This document shows positions 19,242 to 28,025 of a stretch of DNA of 64,000 nt, piece by piece. The DNA comes from an uncultured delta proteobacterium (GTDB taxonomy: Bacteria > Desulfobacterota > WTBG01 > CAIYCZ01 > CAIRTM01), in the NCBI GenBank assembly GCA_903881505.1, contig CAIRTM010000102.1, positions 8,389-72,388 of the forward strand. Reading direction: 5' to 3'. Position 1 is the first letter of the stretch; each line of letters opens with the position of its first letter. The notes beneath the pieces are model-generated. The model had not been told where the DNA came from. It did not search any database and saw only the letters and a list, made by a program, of their open reading frames with translations. The position numbers and the translations under genes were made by a program.

Positions 19242-20195
19242 TTACATTCCCTTCAGACAGCGCCAGAGGAGCTGAAGCCCCTGGTCAAGGCTGTAAGCAA
19301 ATGCAAACTGCGTTGTATGCAATTGCGAAATATCGGCTGCTGAATATCTGATGTCGCCTGCGCGGGGCTCCTGAAATTCAACGTCACAGTCAACGCCGAC
19401 AAGTTTCATGATTTTGCGTGCGAGTTCCGCCACCGTAGTCTGCTTTCCATAGCCTAGGTTAAACACCGTTCCCCGGACAGCTCCGCTCTCAGCCAGAAAG
19501 ACAAGTGCATTGGCGACGTCCCCGACATAGATGAAGTCGCGGGTCTGCTGCCCGTCGCCGTATATGACCAGTGGTTCGCGCTCGCCGTTGCGGCAGGCCA
19601 GAGCCCTGTCGAAAAAAATCGAGATTACGCCCGAATAGGGCGATGATGGATCCTGCCGCTCGCCGAACACATTGAAAAACCTGCAAGCGACAAAAGGCAG
19701 ATTGAAAGCATCGTTGTAAATTCTCAGATAGTGCTCGGCCATAAGTTTGTCAGCCCCGTAGGTGCTGACAGGCTGAGTGGCCGCCGTTTCTGGAACCGGC
19801 ACGGTTTTAGTATCTCCGTACACGGCCGAGGAGCTGGCAAAAATGAATTTTTTTAGCGCACTACCCCGGAAGGTTTCCATCAAAAGCAGGGTGCCGTCAA
19901 AATTAACCGCATGCGCGCGCGCGGGCTCCGCCATGGCCTGCGGAACCGAGACAAGCGCTGCCAGATGAAACACATAATCAATGTCCGGATGCGCCCCGGC
20001 AATCTGATGCAGTATCTGCCGATCGGTTATGTCGCCTTCGACAAATTGAAGCCCCGTCTGCCCGGCCGGCAGGTTCTCTTTTTTGCCCGTCGAAAGATTA
20101 TCAAGCACAATAACCTCATGGCCATGCGCAAGGCAGGTTTCCACAAGGTGCGAGCCGATAAATCCCGCTCCGCCGGTGACAAGAGATTTCGTCAT
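19242..20195 (-). CDS. NAD-dependent sugar-nucleotide epimerase (WbpP/GalE-like SDR)
   Basis: VTGGAGFIGSHL Rossmann motif, SSSAVYG, and the YGADK catalytic YxxxK. Confidence 0.85.
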   Translation of the reverse strand: MTKSLVTGGAGFIGSHLVETCLAHGHEVIVLDNLSTGKKENLPAGQTGLQFVEGDITDRQILHQIAGAHPDIDYVFHLAALVSVPQAMAEPARAHAVNFDGTLLLMETFRGSALKKFIFASSSAVYGDTKTVPVPETAATQPVSTYGADKLMAEHYLRIYNDAFNLPFVACRFFNVFGERQDPSSPYSGVISIFFDRALACRNGEREPLVIYGDGQQTRDFIYVGDVANALVFLAESGAVRGTVFNLGYGKQTTVAELARKIMKLVGVDCDVEFQEPRAGDIRYSAADISQLHTTQFAFAYSLDQGLQLLWRCLKGM

Positions 20196-20529
20196 ACGTC
20201 AACGTCTCAGCCCGTACAGTTTTTTAAAGATATAGCCGATTTTTCAGTTGCGTACAACAGCGAAAAATTTTTTGGTTCTCCATCGGGATTGATTTTTTAA
20301 AGCGCGTGATTTCGATGCCGATCCCCATAGCGGCAAAAATCATGCTTTCCCCAGCCTGCCCTTTACATGCGGGAAGGGTATACATTCCCGGCCCCTGCTT
20401 CAAAAATACAATAGTCCCTGATATGCAATTATGCTAGACTGGCAGTGAAACAAAGAACACGGCACGGAAAAATTCTACGGATTCCCGCTCGACCGCACCT
20501 GCTGCCTAACATTTACTAAAGGACACATC

Positions 20530-22866
20530 ATGCGAGACATTCCTTTTCATAAACCGTCCATCGGAGAAGATGAGCTGCAGGAAGTGCGCGATACACTGGA
20601 AAACGGCTGGCTCACCATGGGGCCGAAAACCATTAAGTTCGAGGAGGCCTTCAGGAAAAAAGTCCATGCGCGCCATGCCATTTCCATGAACTCCTGCACT
20701 GCGGCACTGCATCTCGCCCTCAAGGTAATCGATCTCCAGGAAAACGACGAGGTTATTATCCCCTCCATTACTTTTGCCGCCACTGGCGAGGTGGTGCGTT
20801 ATTTTAATGCCCGGCCCGTGATTGTCGATGTCAACCGCGATACGCATAACATCATGGTCGACCTGATAGAGAGAAACATTACAAAAAAGACCCGTGCCAT
20901 CATTCCCGTTCACTTCGGCGGCCAGCCATGCGACATGGATGAAATCAATGCGCTTGCAAAAAGCAGGCGTCTGTTCGTTATAGAAGACGCGGCACACTGC
21001 TTCCCGTCATTTTACAAGGGAACGCCTATTGGGACGCTTAGCGATATTACCGCATTCAGTTTTTATGCCACGAAAACACTTGCTATGGGCGAGGGGGGGC
21101 TCGCCACAACGGAAAATGAAGAGTTCGCCGAACAAATGCGCATACTGCGCCTTCACGGCATCAGCAAGGATGCCTGGAAGCGCTATTCCAAGCGGGGGAA
21201 CTGGTATTACGAGGTCACCGATGTCGGCTATAAATACAACATGACAGACATACAGGCCGCTCTCGGGCTTGCGCAGCTGCGCAAAGGCGAGGCAATGTGG
21301 AAAAAACGCTGCGACATTGCGGAGCGTTACTCACAGGGGTTCATGTGGAACGATTACGTTATGCCCCCGACGGTCCGCGACTATGTAAAAAGCTCTTGGC
21401 ACCTTTATGTCATAAAGCTCCGGCTTGAGGCCCTTAACATCAAGCGGGATGAATTTATGAACAAGCTGCAAAAAAAAGGCATCGGGGTTTCGGTGCATTT
21501 CATTCCCATGCACCGCCATCCGGTGTATCGTGCGCTCTATAAGTACAATACGGCTGAATTCGCAAATTCCGAATGGCTGTATGCGCGCTCAATTTCGCTG
21601 CCTATTTATCCCGACATGAGCACGGATGATGTTGACTATGTCATAGAAACGGTCAACTCTCTATGTCAGAAACACGCAATGCGCCAGGCCGACCGTATTA
21701 CGATTCCACTTGCCTCTCCCGACCTCACTGAAAAATCCCGCGAGCTAGTGATGGAAGTTATGCGATCCAACAGTTTGAGCTTCGGCCCGAAGCTTGGCGA
21801 GTTCGAAAAGGCCGGGGCTTCCTATGCCGGCAGAAAGTATGGCATCGCGGTTAACAGCGGGACAAGCGCACTGCACCTGATCATTAAAACGCTGGGCATT
21901 GCCGACGGCGACCAGGTCATAACCACGCCGTTCAGCTTTATAGCCTCGGCAAACTGCATGCTCTTTGAACGGGCACAACCCCTGTTCGTTGATATTAATC
22001 CTGACGACCTGAACTTTTCACCCGCCCTGATCGAGGCTGAGCTGAAGCGTGACAGAAAAAAACGCATCAAGGCCATTATGGCGGTTGATATTTTCGCCCA
22101 TCCTGTTGACTGGGATGCGCTCTATGATCTGGCGGAAAAATACAATGTAAGACTTATTGAAGACAGCTCTGAAGCGCTCGGCTCGCTGTACCGCAGTCCG
22201 GACGATCGCCCCTTAAGGCGCTGGAAAAAATTCGTGAAGGCCGGTTCTTTCGGAGATGCTTCGGTTTTCGCTTTTTATCCCAATAAACAGATCACAACCG
22301 GCGAGGGCGGCCTCATTCTGACCGACGACAAAAAAATTGCCGACATGTGCCGCAGCCTTCGGAATCAAGGCAGATCCGTTGAGAGCGAAGACTGGTTCGG
22401 GCACGCCCGGCTCGGCTATAACTACCGCATCAGCGACATAAACTGCGCGATGGGCCTATCACAGCTCGGGCGGATTGATGAAATCATCCAACGGCGCCAG
22501 GCCGTCGCAAACGCTTATTCCGAACGGCTCAAAAGCCTGAATTTTATTCTGCCGCCGTTTTGTGCACGGAATGTAGAACTGGGATGGTTTGTTTACGTCG
22601 TTCGCCTGTCAAAAGATTTCAAGCGGAAAGACCGTGACAAAATTATGAGGCTTCTCCGGGAAAAAGGCGTTGCCTGCAGCAACTATTTCGCCCCGATTCA
22701 TCTGCAGCCTTTTTACCGTAAAATGTTTGGCTTTAAACCGGGTGATTATCCGGTAACCGAGGATATTGCCGGACGGACCCTTGCGCTGCCGTTTTTCAAT
22801 ACCCTCACAGATGAACAGATCGACTACGTTGTCGATTCGCTTAAAAGCGTTGTTAAAAAAATCTAA
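20530..22866 (+). CDS. fusion of two complete DegT/DnrJ/EryC1-type PLP aminotransferase modules
   Basis: Single 778-codon ORF. Module 1 (aa 1-383) has FYATKTLAMGEGG. Module 2 (aa 384-778) starts MRQADRITIPLASPDLTEKSRELVMEVMRSNSLSFGPKL and has FYPNKQITTGEGG. RBS AAGGA precedes ATG 20530. Confidence 0.8.
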   Translation: MRDIPFHKPSIGEDELQEVRDTLENGWLTMGPKTIKFEEAFRKKVHARHAISMNSCTAALHLALKVIDLQENDEVIIPSITFAATGEVVRYFNARPVIVDVNRDTHNIMVDLIERNITKKTRAIIPVHFGGQPCDMDEINALAKSRRLFVIEDAAHCFPSFYKGTPIGTLSDITAFSFYATKTLAMGEGGLATTENEEFAEQMRILRLHGISKDAWKRYSKRGNWYYEVTDVGYKYNMTDIQAALGLAQLRKGEAMWKKRCDIAERYSQGFMWNDYVMPPTVRDYVKSSWHLYVIKLRLEALNIKRDEFMNKLQKKGIGVSVHFIPMHRHPVYRALYKYNTAEFANSEWLYARSISLPIYPDMSTDDVDYVIETVNSLCQKHAMRQADRITIPLASPDLTEKSRELVMEVMRSNSLSFGPKLGEFEKAGASYAGRKYGIAVNSGTSALHLIIKTLGIADGDQVITTPFSFIASANCMLFERAQPLFVDINPDDLNFSPALIEAELKRDRKKRIKAIMAVDIFAHPVDWDALYDLAEKYNVRLIEDSSEALGSLYRSPDDRPLRRWKKFVKAGSFGDASVFAFYPNKQITTGEGGLILTDDKKIADMCRSLRNQGRSVESEDWFGHARLGYNYRISDINCAMGLSQLGRIDEIIQRRQAVANAYSERLKSLNFILPPFCARNVELGWFVYVVRLSKDFKRKDRDKIMRLLREKGVACSNYFAPIHLQPFYRKMFGFKPGDYPVTEDIAGRTLALPFFNTLTDEQIDYVVDSLKSVVKKI

Positions 22867-22939
22867 CTACGCCTAGAAGAATGCGCGCCCGTGCACCAGG
22901 GGCAGGCCGCGGAATTCCAGAAAAGGCGCGCGATGTTTT

Positions 22940-23860
22940 CTATTTAACTGGCATGCGCGCCGCCTGCGCCGCGACAATCACCTCTTCCTCAAGATGAATG
23001 CCAAAGGTCTCAAACACGCGCGTGCGGCCTGTTCGCATCAGCGAAAGAACATCCGAGCTTGTAGCACCGCCGGTATTCAAAATCCAGTTGGCATGCTCAC
23101 GGGCCACCATTGCCCCGCCCAAATGCATCCCCCGCATGCCGACCTGCTCAAGGTACCATCCGGCAGCGCGCGCCGGAGCGGGAGGATTTTTAAATGTTGA
23201 GCCGAACGTGCGGTAGCAGCGCGGCTGTGCGGCATGGCGCCTTTTCAAAAGCGCACGCAAGGCCGCAAGCGTTTCGTGTGCCGGAAGAATGTTCGCTGGC
23301 AGCCGAAAAACAGCCTCCAGAATGATCAGCGGCCGCCCTGCGAGGCAGGATGTGCGATAGGCAAAACCAATTTCGTCTTTTTCGATGATAACGGTTTCAC
23401 CCGTAGCCGGATCAAGCGCGCGCAAGCGTAGAAAATCCTTCTCGATTGCCTCTCTGCTGTCGATACCTGCGTTCATGCGCACAGCACCGCCCACGCTGCC
23501 GGGTATAACCCCCATGTAGGTAAATTCCGGATATCCGCCCCGCGCCAGCAGCAGGCCGAGACCCATCAGCGAAGCACCGCCGCCGGCCCTGACAATGCCG
23601 TGCCGGACATCAAGCTCGATTGATCGGAGTTCACCGGCCAACTTTAACATGCAGCCCTGAAACCCCTCATCCGGCACCAGGAGATTTGAGCCTTTGCCGA
23701 TTACCATAAGGGGCCAGCCTTTTTGGCTGCACATCGTGACAACATTGCGTACATCCTCAGCACTGCGCGCCAGTGCCAGCAGCGCGGCAGGTCCGCCGGT
23801 GCCGATACGGGTGTGGCGTCCCAACGGTTCATTAAACTGTAATCCGGCACGGCAGCGCAT
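22940..23860 (-). CDS. murB: UDP-N-acetylenolpyruvoylglucosamine reductase
   Basis: 306 aa. FAD-binding start HTRIGTGGPA....VIGKGSNLLV, and C-terminal GSTFKNPP ... AGWYLEQVGMRG ... GGAMVAREHANWILN. Confidence 0.85.
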   Translation of the reverse strand: MRCRAGLQFNEPLGRHTRIGTGGPAALLALARSAEDVRNVVTMCSQKGWPLMVIGKGSNLLVPDEGFQGCMLKLAGELRSIELDVRHGIVRAGGGASLMGLGLLLARGGYPEFTYMGVIPGSVGGAVRMNAGIDSREAIEKDFLRLRALDPATGETVIIEKDEIGFAYRTSCLAGRPLIILEAVFRLPANILPAHETLAALRALLKRRHAAQPRCYRTFGSTFKNPPAPARAAGWYLEQVGMRGMHLGGAMVAREHANWILNTGGATSSDVLSLMRTGRTRVFETFGIHLEEEVIVAAQAARMPVK

Positions 23861-23981
23861 TAATCTGACGCTCTTTCGGGGTGTGCGGTTTTTTCCTGGC
23901 GTAATACCGTTTTGTTTATGTTAGAATAATTTCTACAATTGTAAAGACAAGATTTAAAGAGTCCTGTACGGGAGAGCGCAC

Positions 23982-24983
23982 ATGGTCCAGAAATCTTTGA
24001 ATATACTATTTACCAGCGCGGGCCGGCGCGTGGCGCTGATACGCCATTTTAAAAAAACGCTTTCCAGCCTGAACATTGACGGACACCTGCTTGGGGTTGA
24101 TGTGTCTGCGGATGCGCCAGCGCTGCACGAACTCGACGATGCGCGCCTGATCTGCCGCATTGATGACCCCCGGTATATTGAAAGCCTTATTGAGCTGTGC
24201 ATCAGCGAGAAAGTAGACATGCTGTTTCCGCTGATTGATACCGATTTAATGAAGCTCTCCCTGGCCCGGCCCGAATTTGCCCGCGTGGGAACAAACGCGG
24301 TGGTATGTGACCCCGAACTGATAGAGGCGACAGCAAACAAATATAAAACGTATGATTTGTTCAAGCGCTTCGGCATCGACACTCCGACGGTTTTCGAGCT
24401 TACGGAAAGATGTGAGGATTCATATCGCTACCCGCTTTTCATGAAACCTCTTGACGGCAGCGCCAGCAAAAGCATTTTTAAAATCAACAGCAGGAAGGAA
24501 CTGTTTTTTTTCCGGGAATATGTTGAGCGGCCGATTCTGCAGGAATACATTTCCGGCCGGGAGTTTACTCTTGATATGCTTTTTGACTTTGACGGCGCCG
24601 TGCGCTGCATTGTGCCCCGCCGCCGCATAGAAGTGCGCGCGGGCGAGGTAAGCAAAAGCGTTATCGATCTGGATCCGGCGGTGATGGATGCGGGCTGGAG
24701 GCTGGGTGAAAAGCTGCGGGGCGCACGCGGGGTTGTCAATGTACAGTGCATCCGTACCGCAGAGGGCCGTGTATCATTTATCGAAATCAATCCCCGGTTC
24801 GGCGGCGGCACACCGCTGTCTCTGTATGCGGGCGCTGATTTTCCGCGCTGGCTGCTCCAGATGGCGCTCGGCGATGATCCCGGCGACATACGCTCCGCGT
24901 TTACACCGGGCGTGTATATGCTTCGATTTGATGATGCTGTTTTTCTGCCGGACCTGCCGGCACTCAAAAAAGTTCAATCCTGA
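23982..24983 (+). CDS. ATP-grasp domain protein (carboxylate-amine ligase candidate)
   Basis: ILFTSAGRRVALIRHFK start, KYKTYDLFKRFGIDTP, PLFMKPLDGSASKSIF, LQEYISGREFTLD, and FIEINPRFGGG (ATP-grasp Mg/ATP loop). Confidence 0.75.
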   Translation: MVQKSLNILFTSAGRRVALIRHFKKTLSSLNIDGHLLGVDVSADAPALHELDDARLICRIDDPRYIESLIELCISEKVDMLFPLIDTDLMKLSLARPEFARVGTNAVVCDPELIEATANKYKTYDLFKRFGIDTPTVFELTERCEDSYRYPLFMKPLDGSASKSIFKINSRKELFFFREYVERPILQEYISGREFTLDMLFDFDGAVRCIVPRRRIEVRAGEVSKSVIDLDPAVMDAGWRLGEKLRGARGVVNVQCIRTAEGRVSFIEINPRFGGGTPLSLYAGADFPRWLLQMALGDDPGDIRSAFTPGVYMLRFDDAVFLPDLPALKKVQS

Positions 24984-24995
24984 CCTGAACTTGAG

Positions 24996-25748
24996 GTGAG
25001 GGGTCTTTTCGTGGAGCCTCTTCAACCCGACACATATCTTCCTGATCCTCTGCGGGCAGTGCGGGTCATCGTTTTTGATCTGGATGACACGCTGTACCCT
25101 GAACACCGGTATGTTCTCAGCGGGTTCAGGGCTGTCAGCGCATTTCTCCAGGATCAGGGCATTGCAGGGCAGGATGTTTCTCCGGCCATGTGGTCGCTGT
25201 TTGTTGCCGGACAGCGCGGCTCTGTTTTCAATCGTGTGCTTGAAGACTGCGGGATTGCCCCGGCAAAGGATTTAATTGATACACTCATTGATGTCTACCG
25301 TTCCCATCGGCCGGATATCGAACTGTATCCTGATGCCCGCGCCGTACTGGATTATTTTCACCTCCGCCGGCCGCTTGCGCTTTTAACGGACGGCTATGTT
25401 CAGACTCAAACAGCCAAAATCGCCGCGCTCAGCATTGCCCGCTATTTCGACGCCGTTATGTTAACTGATGAGCTGGGCCGCAGCTGCTGGAAGCCAAGTC
25501 CAGCGGGTTTTGAACGAATCATGCTGACCCTGGGCGGCACTCCGGACGGGTACGTGTACATCGCCGATAATCCGCTCAAGGATTTCGCCGCTCCGCGCAG
25601 GCTTGGCTGGCACACCGTTTGGGTACACAGGCCTGAAGGGGTATACTCCGGCGCGAGCGCACCTGATGGCAGCTTTGAGCCCTCCGTTACCGTTGAGGAT
25701 CTCTATCAGGCGGCCCGCCTGATAGATGCCGGATTTATTTCACACTGA
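24996..25748 (+). CDS. HAD-superfamily hydrolase/phosphatase
   Basis: Motif I VIVFDLDDTLY, motif II LLTDG, and a late IADNPLKD acidic motif. GTG start at 24996; the alternative GTG at 25011 has a better GAGGGG spacer. Confidence 0.75.
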   Translation: MRGLFVEPLQPDTYLPDPLRAVRVIVFDLDDTLYPEHRYVLSGFRAVSAFLQDQGIAGQDVSPAMWSLFVAGQRGSVFNRVLEDCGIAPAKDLIDTLIDVYRSHRPDIELYPDARAVLDYFHLRRPLALLTDGYVQTQTAKIAALSIARYFDAVMLTDELGRSCWKPSPAGFERIMLTLGGTPDGYVYIADNPLKDFAAPRRLGWHTVWVHRPEGVYSGASAPDGSFEPSVTVEDLYQAARLIDAGFISH

Positions 25749-25768
25749 GAACTCGCCGGGGCAGGCGA

Positions 25769-27694
25769 TCATTCCTGCGAGGCTTTTGCCAGGGTGAGCC
25801 TGGGGAGGGTCTTTTTTTCAAAGCGTTTTAAATCAAGAATATTTTCCGGAACCATTTCGCACATTATCTTGAACAGGGTTTGATCCGCGGGATGCTCGCT
25901 GGACAGCAGCTTTTCGAGCTCCTGCACCTGAATGGTATAATGCAGATGGTTGAAATCGGTTCTATCCAGACGGCGGATTTTTTCATGCGCTGTCGGAAAA
26001 ATATCTTCGCCTTCCCAGTACAGCTCCTCGTGCAGTTTTTCGCCTTCGCGCAAACCGATATAATTTATGGCAATATCCTTGCCGGGCTTCAGGCCGGAGA
26101 GCTCGATCAAACTTTTTGCAAGATCGGCAATACGCGCAGGCTTTCCCATATCAAGCAGAAAAATTTCACCGCCATTGCCGAGCGATCCTGCCAGCAGCAC
26201 CAGATGCACGGCTTCGGGAATGGTCATTAAAAAGCGGGTAACATCCGGATGCGTTACAGTAACGGGGCCGCCCTCGGCGATCTGCTTTTTAAACAGCGGT
26301 ATAACGCTGCCGCTGCTGCCGATCACATTGCCGAAGCGGACCGAGATGAATTGCGTCGGGGCAGCGCTGTATGTTTGCAGAAGCTTTTCGGTCATGCGCT
26401 TGGAGGTTCCCATGACACTCGAAGGGTTGACGGCTTTGTCCGTGGAGATGAAAACAAACTTTGGCACTTCGAATTGCACCGCAAGCTCGGAAATGGCTTT
26501 TGTGCCGATCAGGTTGTTGCGCAGGGCCTCGGACGGCTGGTTTTCCATGAGCGGCACATGTTTGTAGGCGGCGGCATGATAGATACAGTCAGGCTGGTAG
26601 GTCGTAAGCAAATGGGCGAATTTGTCCCGGTTAAGAATATCGCCGATTATCGAAAGGAGCCTCAGCTCGGGATGTTTTTTTCTCAGTTCGTTGTCAATAT
26701 AGAAAAGATGACTTTCATCGCGTTCATACATCACAAGACAGGCGGGCTTAAAGCGCGCAATCTGACGGCAGAGCTCAGAGCCGATAGAGCCGCCGGCGCC
26801 GGTAACGAAAATGCACTTGCCTTCGATTTCCCCCTGCAGGCGCCCCTTTTCGTTTTCAAATGAAACCTTGGGCCTTCCAAGGAGCTCTTCGGGGTGCACA
26901 TCGCGCATGCTGGTGATAAATGTCCGGCCGGAGATGATGTTTGAAATACCCGGCATAGTCCTGTAGGCAACCCCGGCGCTTTCGCAGATATCCAGAATTT
27001 TCCGTATCTGATGATAGGGGGCCGATGGTATTGCAATCAGAACTTCATCCACCTTGTAGCTGCGCACCAGTGCGGGAATATCTTCGTGTGTGCCGAGCAC
27101 GGCCAGGTTTTTTATTCTAAATCCCTTTTTGCCGATGTCATCATCCGCAAAGCCGACCGGAATAAGGTTAAGAACCGGACTGTTTTTTATTTCCTTCAAA
27201 ACAGTAACTCCGGTGTTGCCGGCACCCATGATAAGCACACGCTTGGCCCCGGTTTTTGCCCGGCGGCGTTCTATATACTGCCGCAGGAAGCGGGCAGCCA
27301 TGCGTATGCCGCAGAGGGACAAAAACATAAGCACGGGGTCGACGATAAGAACGGATCGGGGGAATCCTTCAAAACCGAAAATAAAAAGTATGCAGGCGAT
27401 AAACAGCAGGCTACTGAAAACAACCGCAGTGCCGATCTTGACAATGTCTTCAAAATCAACATAGCGCCACCAGCCGCTGAACAGGTCGATATAATAGAAA
27501 AAGACAAGCCGGCAGACAATTAACAGGGGCACGGTTTTCAGGTATATATCATCCCATAATTCCGGGTATGCGAAATCAAAACGAAGCAGGAAGGCGCAAT
27601 AATAAGCCAGCGGAATCAGCAGGGTTTGGCCTGCTATGATAAAAAACCGGCGAAAGGGCAACGTAAAATCTTTCGTGGCTGCTTCCGTTTCCAT
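25769..27694 (-). CDS. PglF/CapD/WbpM-type membrane-anchored UDP-sugar 4,6-dehydratase
   Basis: 641 aa. Four N-terminal TM helices, then the GAGNTG and FVTGAGGSIGSEL Rossmann motifs and a CapD-like C-terminal domain. Confidence 0.85.
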   Translation of the reverse strand: METEAATKDFTLPFRRFFIIAGQTLLIPLAYYCAFLLRFDFAYPELWDDIYLKTVPLLIVCRLVFFYYIDLFSGWWRYVDFEDIVKIGTAVVFSSLLFIACILFIFGFEGFPRSVLIVDPVLMFLSLCGIRMAARFLRQYIERRRAKTGAKRVLIMGAGNTGVTVLKEIKNSPVLNLIPVGFADDDIGKKGFRIKNLAVLGTHEDIPALVRSYKVDEVLIAIPSAPYHQIRKILDICESAGVAYRTMPGISNIISGRTFITSMRDVHPEELLGRPKVSFENEKGRLQGEIEGKCIFVTGAGGSIGSELCRQIARFKPACLVMYERDESHLFYIDNELRKKHPELRLLSIIGDILNRDKFAHLLTTYQPDCIYHAAAYKHVPLMENQPSEALRNNLIGTKAISELAVQFEVPKFVFISTDKAVNPSSVMGTSKRMTEKLLQTYSAAPTQFISVRFGNVIGSSGSVIPLFKKQIAEGGPVTVTHPDVTRFLMTIPEAVHLVLLAGSLGNGGEIFLLDMGKPARIADLAKSLIELSGLKPGKDIAINYIGLREGEKLHEELYWEGEDIFPTAHEKIRRLDRTDFNHLHYTIQVQELEKLLSSEHPADQTLFKIMCEMVPENILDLKRFEKKTLPRLTLAKASQE

Positions 27695-27892
27695 ATTATA
27701 ATCTTTTATAAATTGTATTGTTAATCTGTTAAATCGTATCTAATAATAAGCCTGTTGTCAAACACAATATCAAAAAAATCGGACTATTAATTAATGTATT
27801 AAGAACATTTTCCTAACTACCGTAGATCCATTGTCGTTTTCGAAGGAGCAATGCAACTGAGAAGACATAAACAAAACCAGGTCAAAAACAAG

Positions 27893-27913
27893 ATTTCGCC
27901 CTGCGGCCGAAAT
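27893..27913 (-). terminator. candidate intrinsic terminator downstream of bioA
   Basis: The minus-strand RNA AUUUCGGCC-GCAG-GGCGAAAU (8 bp with one bulge) is followed by CUUGUUUUUGA, about 115 nt after the bioA stop. Confidence 0.4.
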
Positions 27914-28025
27914 GAAGACGGCAATAAAAAGAGTTAGTAAAAAGGGAAATACCTAATTAATAATTGCATATAAAATATATATTTTTATACAAAAAATCAT
28001 AAAAGCCTCAGCCGAAGCTCCTTCT

